Below are positions 1 to 8,703 of a stretch of DNA of 38,188 nucleotides, one piece after another. How positions within the stretch are numbered: the stretch's first letter is position 1; every line of letters starts with the position of its first letter. The position numbers and the translations under genes are program-made. The stretch is from an uncultured virus (IMG/VR IMGVR_UViG_2049941000_000131) (Duplodnaviria > Heunggongvirae > Uroviricota > Caudoviricetes): IMG/VR virus record IMGVR_UViG_2049941000_000131. One strand, given 5' to 3'. The notes beneath the pieces were generated by a model. The model was not told where the DNA came from and made no database searches. It saw only the letters and a list, made by a program, of their open reading frames with translations.

Positions 1-1
1 C

Positions 2-217
2 AACGGCATTAACATCACGAATCAAAATGTTGTGTCCGTAAAGCTCGGCACGGCAAACGGGTTAAGCCTTGACAACAACGGTTTGAGCCTTTCCACGGCG
101 ACGACAAGCGCGGCAGGAGCAATGTCTGCGGCAGATAAAACCACACTTAATAAAGCATATACAACGGATAATCTTGTCGAGATCACTACAGCCGAGGTCG
201 ATGCGCTTTTTGTGTGA
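2..217 (+). CDS. C-terminal part of a minor tail/fibre-associated protein (5' truncated)
   Basis: Frame is open from base 2 (NGINITNQNVVSVKLG...AAGAMSAADKTTLN). The GxMSAADKxxL motif is typical of tail-fibre proteins, and the gene lies directly upstream of the fibre gene. Confidence 0.55.
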   Translation, partial: NGINITNQNVVSVKLGTANGLSLDNNGLSLSTATTSAAGAMSAADKTTLNKAYTTDNLVEITTAEVDALFV

Positions 218-228
218 GGTGACGGCAC

Positions 229-1050
229 ATGAAATTTATGAGTGATACGTCGTTGTCGGAGCTTGTTACGAAGATAAAAAACGGATTTCTCCCGTTCAAG
301 ACGGTATCGACGGATACGGGCGAGGACAGCGCAGATCTCGATACATACAAAACATCGGGTATATACGTCATCAGTGGTGACGGAGCGGACGAAAAGCCGG
401 GAACATCGAAATACGGCTACCTAATCGTTTTGAATAATGGCTTTTTTAAAACCGCTCAGATATGGATCGATCGGGATGTTGACAGCTATTATCTCGATTT
501 CCCGATTTATTGCAGACAATACAGCTCCACGGAATGGAAAAGCTGGGTAAGATACCCGTCATGCGAGGATATTGTATTGCTGCAGGACGGCAAGCTCAAC
601 ACATCGGATTTTACAACGGATATCATTGCAGGCATTTTGCCGATAAACAAAGGCGGTACGGGAGCGATTACCGCAAGCGGAGCGTTGACAAATCTCGGCA
701 TTAGTACAACTGAGTACACACCGACAGGGCTAAACAATTGTACGGTGACGGGGTGCAAGGTGTATAAAACGCTTGATCGTGTCTATCTCGAGGGGTATAT
801 CAGTGTGCTGCCGACGAGTACATCGGCGCACCAAGTTCGAGCGGCGAATCTGCCCGAAGCTTGCCGCCCTACGGTAAATTCGCGAGGGCTTGCGTACATA
901 AAAAGCAATGATAATGTGGTATATCCAATCGCTTTAGAGGTAACGACAACGGGCAACGCGATATTTACAGGCATTGTCGGAGTACAGAGTGGATCGAGCT
1001 TTAGTTATCAAACAGTATATTTCTCAACATCGTACCACGTAGATAATTAA
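229..1050 (+). CDS. Tail fibre / receptor-binding-like protein, allele A
   Basis: RBS GAGGTG. DLDTYKTSGIY...GYLIV...QIW resembles a knob-type fibre domain, followed by an LPINKGGTGA fibre motif. Last tail gene before the lysin. Confidence 0.65.
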   Translation: MKFMSDTSLSELVTKIKNGFLPFKTVSTDTGEDSADLDTYKTSGIYVISGDGADEKPGTSKYGYLIVLNNGFFKTAQIWIDRDVDSYYLDFPIYCRQYSSTEWKSWVRYPSCEDIVLLQDGKLNTSDFTTDIIAGILPINKGGTGAITASGALTNLGISTTEYTPTGLNNCTVTGCKVYKTLDRVYLEGYISVLPTSTSAHQVRAANLPEACRPTVNSRGLAYIKSNDNVVYPIALEVTTTGNAIFTGIVGVQSGSSFSYQTVYFSTSYHVDN

Positions 1051-1063
1051 CAGAGGTGATCAT

Positions 1064-1395
1064 ATGGCAATTAACATTACAAAACAGACGTNNNNNNNNN
1101 NTGATCCGGCACGATGCGCAAGTGCGGATTTCATCGTTGACAGCGAAACAATAGTGCAGTTTAATCCCGACGTAAAAAACCGTTACTGTTGGCACTGCGG
1201 CGACAACAAAAATCCGTACAGTATGGGCGGCAGCGAATACGGCAGATGTACGAACGCGAACAGTATTGGCATTGAGCTATGTTCGACAAACTCGAATTGG
1301 ACGGCAAGCGATCCTGCAAACTGCAATAAATGGAGCTTTACGGATAAAGTTGTAAACAATGCCGTGGAGCTTGTGAAGTATCTCATGCGGACGTA
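1064..1395 (+). CDS. Endolysin (amidase) allele A, gapped fragments
   Basis: MAINITKQT start and SADFIVD...WHCGD...NSIGIE match the complete amidase at 3717-4625. Interrupted by N gaps. Confidence 0.8.
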
Positions 1396-1405
1396 NNNNN
1401 NNNNN

Positions 1406-1804
1406 TTGCTTAAATTTAAACCTTTAACCCAAAAACAACTTTTAGAGAGTTGCGATTTGAATATTAACCTATTAAACAAGATGACCGACAAAAAAGGAAT
1501 CGGCTGCTTTGCTCTCGCAAAAATAGCCGACCGACTTGAAACATCTACAGATTACTTATTAGGAAGGACTGATAACAAAGAAATGAACATCACCATAACA
1601 GCCGCCCCGACGATCTCCCGCACCGGAGAACTCAGCACAACTACAACCGGAGGAATAGAGCATATCACTATCAATGAAGATACATCGGAAACCACCGAGG
1701 AAAAAGAAATATTAAAGATGATCAAATCCTTATCCGCAGTCCAAAAAGCAAGGATCATATTAATGATTGATGAAATGAAAAAGGAGGGCGAAAAGAATGA
1801 ATAA
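1406..1804 (+). CDS. CI-like XRE repressor, allele A (5' truncated by gap)
   Basis: KIADRLETSTDYLLGRTD is the end of an XRE HTH. Co-oriented with and immediately upstream of the integrase. The ORF track fuses it artificially to the lysin across the gap. Confidence 0.75.
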   Translation: MLKFKPLTQKQLLESCDLNINLLNKMTDKKGIGCFALAKIADRLETSTDYLLGRTDNKEMNITITAAPTISRTGELSTTTTGGIEHITINEDTSETTEEKEILKMIKSLSAVQKARIILMIDEMKKEGEKNE

Positions 1805-1851
1805 TCAAAACTTCAATCCGATATGTCAAATCGTAAAGGAGGTACAATATT

Positions 1852-2865
1852 ATGCCAAAAGCTAAAAAGTTACCATCGGGTAATTGGAGATGTCAGGTAT
1901 ATCTCGGTAAAGACGAGAACGGAAAGAATATATACAAATCCGTTACCGCCGACACCCGAAAAGAGGCGGAATATCTTGCCGCCGAAATGCAGCTGAAAAA
2001 GAAGGAAAAGGACAAATCAGGATTGACCTTAGCCGAAGCGTACGAAAATTACATTGAAAGCAAAAAAAATGTACTCTCCCCGAATACGGTAAGAGAGTAC
2101 AAAAAAGCCAGTCAAAGAGATTTACAAGAGCTCATGCCCTTATTATTGTCAGAGTTGACGCAGGAGCGTATTCAAACAGCAATTAGTGATTATGCCCTTG
2201 ACCATTCTGCAAAGTCCACAGCAAACGTGCACGGGCTTTTAAGCGCAGTTTTAAAACAGTATTGCCCGGAGCTGTCTTTACACACCCGATTACCGCAAAA
2301 ACAAAAATATGAACGTCACATACCAAGTGAGGAAGATATACAAAAGCTGATAGAAATAACCGAGGGTACAAGAATACACGTCCCGATCCTGCTCGCCGCT
2401 TTTGGTTCGTTCCGCCGCAGTGAGATAGTCGCCCTGAAACGATCTGACGTGACCGATAATGGCATCTGGGTAAAACGTGCCGAAGCCGTTGACGAAAATA
2501 GACAGCTTGTTACTAAAGCAACAAAAACAATAGCAGGATACAGATTTATTGATACAATCCCCGATTGGGTATTACAAAAGGTTAAAGCATGGGATTTTAA
2601 CATCACACTTAACGCCATTACAAAAGATTTTGCAAAGGCTGTGAAACGAGCCGAGATTATGCCATGCAGATTTCATGATCTGCGGCATTTCTACGCGTCC
2701 GAACAACATGCTCTCGGCATTCCCGATAAGTACATCATGAAGCAGGGCGGTTGGGCTTCCACCTCCGTTCTTCAGGATGTTTACCAACATACTATCAAGG
2801 AAAAGCGAAGCGAATATTCACAGCAAGCAAAAGAGAATTTTGAGAAATTCAAGCCAAAAGATTAA
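1852..2865 (+). CDS. int: Tyrosine integrase
   Basis: Catalytic motifs RRSEIVAL, FHDLRH, GGW and DVYQH. N-terminal arm-binding-like domain, RBS AAGGAGG, and adjacent attP. Confidence 0.95.
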   Translation: MPKAKKLPSGNWRCQVYLGKDENGKNIYKSVTADTRKEAEYLAAEMQLKKKEKDKSGLTLAEAYENYIESKKNVLSPNTVREYKKASQRDLQELMPLLLSELTQERIQTAISDYALDHSAKSTANVHGLLSAVLKQYCPELSLHTRLPQKQKYERHIPSEEDIQKLIEITEGTRIHVPILLAAFGSFRRSEIVALKRSDVTDNGIWVKRAEAVDENRQLVTKATKTIAGYRFIDTIPDWVLQKVKAWDFNITLNAITKDFAKAVKRAEIMPCRFHDLRHFYASEQHALGIPDKYIMKQGGWASTSVLQDVYQHTIKEKRSEYSQQAKENFEKFKPKD

Positions 2866-2886
2866 GGCTTATTTTTTGTAAAATTC

Positions 2887-2910
2887 CGTGTGATATTTCG
2901 TGTGATATTT
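2887..2910 (+). repeat. attP arm-type sites (2 x CGTGTGATATTT)
   Basis: Tandem 12-bp direct repeats just downstream of int, with a matching pair at 3105-3128. Confidence 0.8.
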
Positions 2911-2980
2911 CTACTCAAAAATGTGAAAAAATGCTCGTTTTTTAAATGTTTTGTTCGTTTTTTCAAACATTATAAAGTGC

Positions 2981-3027
2981 AAAAATGCCGCATAAACACT
3001 AACAATTTAGCATTTATGCGGCTTTTT
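2981..3027 (-). terminator. Intrinsic terminator downstream of the tRNA-like attP core and lysis genes
   Basis: Minus-strand RNA forms a 16-bp stem (GCCGCAUAAAUGCUAA / UUAGUGUUUAUGCGGC, two GU pairs) followed by AUUUUU. Confidence 0.8.
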
Positions 3028-3033
3028 GTTACA

Positions 3034-3058
3034 GTCGAGGTGACAGGACTTGAACCTG
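3034..3058 (-). other. attP core: 3' end of a tRNA (tRNA-Pro-like)
   Basis: Minus strand CAGGTTCAAGTCCTGTCACCTCGAC is a T-arm plus 3' acceptor strand with no 5' half. It lies between int and the convergent holin and is flanked by arm repeats. Confidence 0.85.
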
Positions 3059-3080
3059 TTATAATATCATTATAACCTGC

Positions 3081-3227
3081 TTATTGTGCGAACTTTTTAA
3101 ATATCGTGTGATAATTCGTGTGATATTTCTCATAATTTCCGCATAGCCGCTTGATAACTCGCTCCAAACGTGCCTGAGACGCTTCATGAAAAATATAGGG
3201 AACTGTTTCATTGTTATTCATTTTCAT
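3081..3227 (-). pseudogene. 48-codon ORF, probable truncated gene remnant running into the attP arm
   Basis: MKMNNNETVPYIFHEASQARLERVIKRLCG... overlaps the holin end with a GGGAG RBS. Its 3' half is made of arm repeats. Confidence 0.4.
3105..3128 (+). repeat. attP arm-type sites (CGTGTGATAATT CGTGTGATATTT)
   Basis: Same 12-mer tandem pair on the other side of the core. Confidence 0.8.
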
Positions 3228-3669
3228 TTTCTCCCTTTTCGTTCTCTATCTTCCCCTTTGACCCTTTCAGCAGCTTTACCACCCACGGCGGCATATTGCC
3301 CGGATCAATGGCTATCAGATTTTCGCCTATGCTGATACTCTCGTTTAAAATAATATACGCGCAGATTATCAACGCAAACGGCATATCTATTTTCATGTTT
3401 ACCCCTGCGTGTATAAGGACGGCAGCAGCGGCATAATCAAGAAATATCCCGAAAAGCAGACCGACAAAAAGAGAGATTTTCTTCCAAAATCCTTTATTTG
3501 CCTTTTCGCTTGAAAGTCCCTCTCCTGTTGCTTTAGCTTTAATAAGCCCTGTTACCACGTCAAGAACGACAGCCACGGCAACAAGCACGATGAATAATCC
3601 ATACTGCCCGAAGAATGCCGCTAATGCGCCCGTGATTACGCTTAGAAGCCATTTTGTGAAGTTATCCAT
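3214..3669 (-). CDS. Holin (phage_holin_4_1 / toxin secretion-phage lysis type)
   Basis: Three hydrophobic segments, with LDVVTGLIKA...LSSEKANKGFWKK and NESISIGENL motifs. Next to the lysin. Confidence 0.9.
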   Translation of the reverse strand: MDNFTKWLLSVITGALAAFFGQYGLFIVLVAVAVVLDVVTGLIKAKATGEGLSSEKANKGFWKKISLFVGLLFGIFLDYAAAAVLIHAGVNMKIDMPFALIICAYIILNESISIGENLIAIDPGNMPPWVVKLLKGSKGKIENEKGENENE

Positions 3670-3716
3670 AGAGTTACTCCCTTGTTTTAAAAATCGAATA
3701 CAGGGCGTTTAAAGCC

Positions 3717-4625
3717 TTATTTCATCAACCTGTTGACTTCCACCTGCACCGCCTGATAGTCATACCCGGCTTTTGTAAGGCGGTTTTTTCTGTCCTCACC
3801 GTTGCCCCATTTGCCCTGAATAACTTCTTTTGCAATCTCGGTGACGGTCTTTTTGTTGCCAGTGCCGGGAGTGTAAACAAGCTTACCCGAATCCTTTTCG
3901 AAAACACTGTACCCACTGTTCTTGTCTGCAAGTGCCTTTGCGCTTTCTAAGTTCTTATATGCCCCGATCTGCGATTTAGCGTCGTTTGCCGATTTGCGGA
4001 CACGGTAGATAATATCATTATTATTTACCTTATCAGCCGTGGTTGTTGTAGTTGCCGTACCCGTCAGACGCGCTTTAAACTGCTCCCACTTCTTAGCGTT
4101 TCCGCTGTCCTCGTTCCAGCCAATTATGCCCGGGCAGAATTTGCCCGTTACGTCGTAGTGTCTGATAACATTCTCTATCGGTATGTTATACGTCCGCATG
4201 AGATACTTCACAAGCTCCACGGCATTGTTTACAACTTTGTCCGTAAAGCTCCATTTCTTTGAGTTCGCAAAGTCGCTCGCCTGCCAGTTCGGATTTGTCG
4301 AACAGACTTCAATTCCGATACTGTTAGCGTTTGTACACTTGCCGTAATATTTGCCGCCCATCGAAAACATATTTTTATTGTCCCCGCAGTGCCAGCAGAA
4401 TCTATTCCTGACGTCCGGATTAAACTGCACGATTGTATCATCATCGACAATAAAATCCGCACTTGCGTATACAGACGGATTTGAAAACATGACCGCAGTG
4501 TTGAGTGCCGATCCTGCCTTGCTCGTACTGCCTGCCGTGTAATGCACCACTATGTATTTAAGTGGTCTGTTTAGATAACTTGTCGTGTTACTGTATGACG
4601 TCTGTTTTGTAATGTTAATTGCCAT
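3717..4625 (-). CDS. Endolysin: N-acetylmuramoyl-L-alanine amidase + SPOR-like segment + CW_7 (Cpl-7) binding repeat
   Basis: YIVVHYTA, NSIGIE and RHYDVTGKFCPG (Amidase_2), with C-terminal EIAKEVIQGKWGNGEDRKNRL (CW_7). Start set to ATG 4625 after GAGGTG. Confidence 0.92.
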   Translation of the reverse strand: MAINITKQTSYSNTTSYLNRPLKYIVVHYTAGSTSKAGSALNTAVMFSNPSVYASADFIVDDDTIVQFNPDVRNRFCWHCGDNKNMFSMGGKYYGKCTNANSIGIEVCSTNPNWQASDFANSKKWSFTDKVVNNAVELVKYLMRTYNIPIENVIRHYDVTGKFCPGIIGWNEDSGNAKKWEQFKARLTGTATTTTTADKVNNNDIIYRVRKSANDAKSQIGAYKNLESAKALADKNSGYSVFEKDSGKLVYTPGTGNKKTVTEIAKEVIQGKWGNGEDRKNRLTKAGYDYQAVQVEVNRLMK

Positions 4626-4638
4626 ATGATCACCTCTG

Positions 4639-5481
4639 TTAATTATCCACATGGTACGATGTTGAGAAATATATATTTTGTCTTGTGTAACTTGATCCGC
4701 TCTGAACTCCGACTATTCCTGTCAGTACCACCTTGCCGTTTGTTGTGACTTCGAGAGCAATCGGAGATACTACATTGTCGCTGCCTTTTATGTATGCTAT
4801 GCCTCGAGTGTTTGCAGGAGGGTAACACTCATTCGGCAGCTGCGCCGACTGTATTTGATGCGGTGATGTACTCGTCGGCAGCACACTGATATACCCCTCG
4901 AGATAGACACGATCAAGCGTTTTATACACCTTGCACCCCGTCACCGTACAATTATTTAGTCCTGTCGGTGTGTACTCGGTTGTCGCAATGCCGAGATTAG
5001 ATAAAGCTCCGCTTGCCGTTGTTGCTCCCGTGCCGCCTTTGTTTATCGGCAGTGTGCCGGTAATATTGGTCAAAGTAAAATCTGATGAGTCAAGCTTATC
5101 TTCTAACGATGTTATAACATATTCATAATCAGTTTCGTTTGTTAAGCCTTTCCACACAGTCCACGATCCGTCATTACACGACCTCAGATACACTCCCGGG
5201 CTTTTATCCGTGTCGGTTGTCAAATTCCTGTCAACCCATATTTGCTCACAAAGGCTTGTGTATTGATCGTATGCAAAAGACAGCACTATTAAATATCCGG
5301 TAGCGTTATGAGGAGAAACAGCTGCTCTCATACCATAGATAATATAAATTCCGCTGGTTAAAAAACTATCTAAGTCAATCATTCCGTCAGGTGTAGACGC
5401 ACGCACTTCTTTTATCGGTAAAAACCCCTCTTTTATCTTCGCCACAAGTTCAGACAACGATGTGTCGCTCATAAACTTCAT
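4639..5481 (-). CDS. Tail fibre / receptor-binding-like protein, allele B
   Basis: N-terminus and C-terminal domain closely similar to 229-1050, with a divergent central domain. Confidence 0.65.
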   Translation of the reverse strand: MKFMSDTSLSELVAKIKEGFLPIKEVRASTPDGMIDLDSFLTSGIYIIYGMRAAVSPHNATGYLIVLSFAYDQYTSLCEQIWVDRNLTTDTDKSPGVYLRSCNDGSWTVWKGLTNETDYEYVITSLEDKLDSSDFTLTNITGTLPINKGGTGATTASGALSNLGIATTEYTPTGLNNCTVTGCKVYKTLDRVYLEGYISVLPTSTSPHQIQSAQLPNECYPPANTRGIAYIKGSDNVVSPIALEVTTNGKVVLTGIVGVQSGSSYTRQNIYFSTSYHVDN

Positions 5482-5492
5482 ATATTACCACC

Positions 5493-5538
5493 TCACACAA
5501 AAAGCGCATCGACCTCGGCTGTAGTGATCTCGACAAGA
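5493..5538 (-). CDS. C-terminal fragment of the gene seen at 2-217
   Basis: LVEITTAEVDALFV-stop is identical to the end of 2-217. Confidence 0.7.
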
Positions 5539-6449
5539 NNNNNNNNNNNNNNNNNNNNNNNNNNNNNNNNNNNNNNNNNNNNNNNNNNNNNNNNNNNNNN
5601 NNNNNNNNNNNNNNNNNNNNNNNNNNNNNNNNNNNNNNNNNNNNNNNNNNNNNNNNNNNNNNNNNNNNNNNNNNNNNNNNNNNNNNNNNNNNNNNNNNNN
5701 NNNNNNNNNNNNNNNNNNNNNNNNNNNNNNNNNNNNNNNNNNNNNNNNNNNNNNNNNNNNNNNNNNNNNNNNNNNNNNNNNNNNNNNNNNNNNNNNNNNN
5801 NNNNNNNNNNNNNNNNNNNNNNNNNNNNNNNNNNNNNNNNNNNNNNNNNNNNNNNNNNNNNNNNNNNNNNNNNNNNNNNNNNNNNNNNNNNNNNNNNNNN
5901 NNNNNNNNNNNNNNNNNNNNNNNNNNNNNNNNNNNNNNNNNNNNNNNNNNNNNNNNNNNNNNNNNNNNNNNNNNNNNNNNNNNNNNNNNNNNNNNNNNNN
6001 NNNNNNNNNNNNNNNNNNNNNNNNNNNNNNNNNNNNNNNNNNNNNNNNNNNNNNNNNNNNNNNNNNNNNNNNNNNNNNNNNNNNNNNNNNNNNNNNNNNN
6101 NNNNNNNNNNNNNNNNNNNNNNNNNNNNNNNNNNNNNNNNNNNNNNNNNNNNNNNNNNNNNNNNNNNNNNNNNNNNNNNNNNNNNNNNNNNNNNNNNNNN
6201 NNNNNNNNNNNNNNNNNNNNNNNNNNNNNNNNNNNNNNNNNNNNNNNNNNNNNNNNNNNNNNNNNNNNNNNNNNNNNNNNNNNNNNNNNNNNNNNNNNNN
6301 NNNNNNNNNNNNNNNNNNNNNNNNNNNNNNNNNNNNNNNNNNNNNNNNNNNNNNNNNNNNNNNNNNNNNNNNNNNNNNNNNNNNNNNNNNNNNNNNNNNN
6401 NNNNNNNNNNNNNNNNNNNNNNNNNNNNNNNNNNNNNNNNNNNNNNNNN

Positions 6450-6577
6450 GTCCGACATATAGCTTGATACCGCCTGATGTTCCCTGATTTTGATAGTTAC
6501 TTCATTCGTTAATCCTATCACATCATCATCGCAAAACAGCTTTAAAAAGACGGTCAGCTCGCCGTTCACGGCGGTAT
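6450..6577 (-). CDS. Internal fragment of the tail-region protein starting at 32912
   Basis: TAVNGELTVFLKLFCDDDVIGLTNEVTIKIREHQAVSSYMSD bridges the fragment ending at 33214 and the one at 34050-34177. Confidence 0.7.
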
Positions 6578-6612
6578 NNNNNNNNNNNNNNNNNNNNNNN
6601 NNNNNNNNNNNN

Positions 6613-6926
6613 TTCGCAGTGTACGAGTATGCTGTGAGTGGACTCGCCAAACTGTTTACACTTAATGCAACACAATGATTCACCTTAAAAACAGTCGCAT
6701 TACAGTAATTTGATGTTATTATTTCTGTACTTGTCTCTGTGTTGTTTTTTACCATGCATACATAAACATTGCCTGAGCCTTTTTTTACCCGCAGAAACAA
6801 ATCATTTGACAGCTTATAATCGACTTGATCGGTGCTTGTGTCGATCGTCACCCATGCCATCTCGCCTTCGCCGAGCGCAAAGGCATAGTTTTCTAACAAA
6901 TCGTTTAGCGCGGTATAAAAATCAGC
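6613..6926 (-). CDS. Minor tail protein fragment, allele 1 (gene starts at 32181)
   Basis: ADFYTALNDLLENYAF overlaps the 32181-32278 fragment. Confidence 0.6.
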
Positions 6927-6936
6927 NNNNNNNNNN

Positions 6937-7256
6937 CTTGCAGTGTACGAGTATGCTGTGAGTGTGTTTCCTGAGCTGTTTATGCTTAAAGCAACGCAAT
7001 GGTTTACCTTAAAGATAGTCGCATTGCAATAATTTTGAGTCGCGCTTTCGGTTGTTGTTACCGTACCGTCTTTTACAATAGCGACAGTGACTCCGTTCGT
7101 CGTTTTACTCACACGTAAAAACAAATCGTTTGACAGCTTATAATCGACTTGATCGGTTGTGCTTTTTTTGTCGATCGTCACCCATGCCGTCTCGCCTGTG
7201 CCGACTGCAAAGGCATAGTTTTCTAACAAATCGTTTAGCGCGGTATAAAAATCAGC
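6937..7256 (-). CDS. Minor tail protein fragment, allele 2
   Basis: Homologous to 6613-6926 with shared ends and a divergent middle. Confidence 0.6.
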
Positions 7257-7266
7257 NNNNNNNNNN

Positions 7267-7532
7267 ATCCGGCTGTATTGATTGGTGTAATCAATATCGC
7301 TTTGAGATTATCAAACTGTGTACCGTTGTTGTTGTTAATATACGGCGCAATTTGCAATGTACTTGTGTTTTGCTTATAGCTATACCCCGTATATGGTATG
7401 TAAACATTTGTATTTTGACCGTTGTTGGTAGTATCATAAACCGTTGCGGTTCCCGCACCGGTGCCGGTACCGCCTGTCATATTGCCGACAATTGCAAAAC
7501 CGTCGCCTGAATTTATGCTGTCGATTATTGTT
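7267..7532 (-). CDS. Tail-region protein fragment
   Basis: Open, Thr/Gly/Asn-rich frame (...GNMTGGTGTGAGTATVYDTTNNG...). Probably continues the preceding gene. Confidence 0.4.
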
Positions 7533-7603
7533 NNNNNNNNNNTTTTTTGGTATTCTTCGCCGCAGCCGAACGTTTTCAGCCAAATAAAAAACTNNNNNNN
7601 NNN

Positions 7604-7790
7604 CGTTCTGCATATCCTTTGTTACATCGGTCATAGTATCTGAAAATCCCTCTCCGATACCGAGCGCAAGATTTTCGCCTATCTGTTCTTTAAACAGCGT
7701 TGACGGTGAATGAATGCCGAAAAAGTTTTTGATACCGTCAACAATGCCGCCGAAAAAGCTTGAAATTTGCTGCCACAGCCAATCTGCGGC
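7604..7790 (-). CDS. Tape measure protein C-terminal fragment, third allele
   Basis: AADWLWQQISSFFGGIVDGIKNFFGIHSPS matches 21975-22310. Confidence 0.85.
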
Positions 7791-7801
7791 NNNNNNNNNN
7801 A

Positions 7802-8644
7802 GAAGTTGCCGAGAAGTACAGCGTTGAGATCGAGGAAGTAAGACCGACAAAGAACATAGTTCGGGCTACACGTGAACACGGTCAGCCTTTTGTGTCAAAG
7901 ATCATGTCGGCGGGGCTTGAAGGGTGGCAAAAGAAAGGCATACCGTTATCTATAGCGGATGAGTACGCACAGGCAGAAGATAAAGCTGCAAAGCGTAAAG
8001 AGCTTAGAGAACGTTACCCGAAATGCGAAAGCACTATTAACTTCTTATGCTGCTGCAATAAGGACGGCGAACCACGCCCGAACATTCAGCTGGTTATCAA
8101 TTCGTCGAAATATATGCTTGATTTCATCAAAGAACATCCGCCCGAATTCCGGATTTCTGCAAAATGCTGCGATTACTGTAAGAAGCAAGTTGCACACAGA
8201 GTACAAAAGGGATACGAGATGATCATAACCGGAGAGCGGCAGGCAGAGGGCGGCATGAGGTCAGTTCCAAAGCCCGTAGAGTTCTACGAAACATATACAA
8301 TGTGTTTTTACGAAGAGTCCAACGGTCAGTACAGATTCAGACCGCTGTATTACGTTACCGACGAAGACAAAGCATGGTACAAAGAGAGGTACGGCATTAA
8401 ATACAGCGATGCATACGAAGTGTACGGTTTGACACGCACGGGGTGCTGCGGCTGCCCTATATCATACAAGGCTGTTGATGATCTGGAGAAGATCAGACAA
8501 TATGAGCCGAACGTCGTAAAAGCTGCATGGAACATCTTCGGAGACAGTTACAGATACCGTCAGCAGTATGTCGAGTACAAAGAGCGGAGAAAAGCCGAAG
8601 ATAAGGCAAAAAAGGCAGCCGAAAAGCAAAATGCAAATACATAA
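7802..8644 (+). CDS. PAPS-reductase-family (PP-loop, Cys-cluster) protein, C-terminal part
   Basis: KCCDYCKK, ITGERQAEGGMR, FRPL and RTGCCGCP motifs. The N-terminus with SYSGGSDS is at 34304-34523. Confidence 0.8.
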   Translation, partial: EVAEKYSVEIEEVRPTKNIVRATREHGQPFVSKIMSAGLEGWQKKGIPLSIADEYAQAEDKAAKRKELRERYPKCESTINFLCCCNKDGEPRPNIQLVINSSKYMLDFIKEHPPEFRISAKCCDYCKKQVAHRVQKGYEMIITGERQAEGGMRSVPKPVEFYETYTMCFYEESNGQYRFRPLYYVTDEDKAWYKERYGIKYSDAYEVYGLTRTGCCGCPISYKAVDDLEKIRQYEPNVVKAAWNIFGDSYRYRQQYVEYKERRKAEDKAKKAAEKQNANT

Positions 8645-8697
8645 AAAACCCGCCCTCGAAAGCGGCAACTTTACGAGAGCGGAAAGAAATATAACAT
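8643..8697 (-). ncRNA. Putative ~55-nt antisense small RNA ending in an intrinsic terminator
   Basis: Predicted +1 at 8697. Hairpin CCGCUCUCG...CGAGGGCGG is followed by GUUUUUU, and one stem position pairs (GU) only on the minus strand. Confidence 0.55.
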
Positions 8698-8703
8698 ATT
8701 CTG

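Noticed and set aside
1064..1804. Lysin-repressor fusion protein
   Set aside because: The frame is joined only across a 10-N gap.
3034..3058. Functional tRNA gene
   Set aside because: Only the T-arm and 3' acceptor strand are present, so this is an att core.
1..5538. Invertible tail-fibre switch (inverted fibre-lysin copies flanking a tyrosine recombinase)
   Set aside because: The inverted copy is linked only through N gaps. The recombinase has its own attP and the duplication includes the lysin. The same gap-bounded duplicate pattern occurs throughout the scaffold, which points to strain bubbles.
5539..6449. Long poly-X ORFs over N runs (also 23747-24115 and 26548-26962)
   Set aside because: These spans contain no sequence information.
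6613..7256. Diversity-generating retroelement TR/VR pair
   Set aside because: Differences include indels and are not adenine-specific. No reverse transcriptase is present in the visible sequence, although gaps could hide one.
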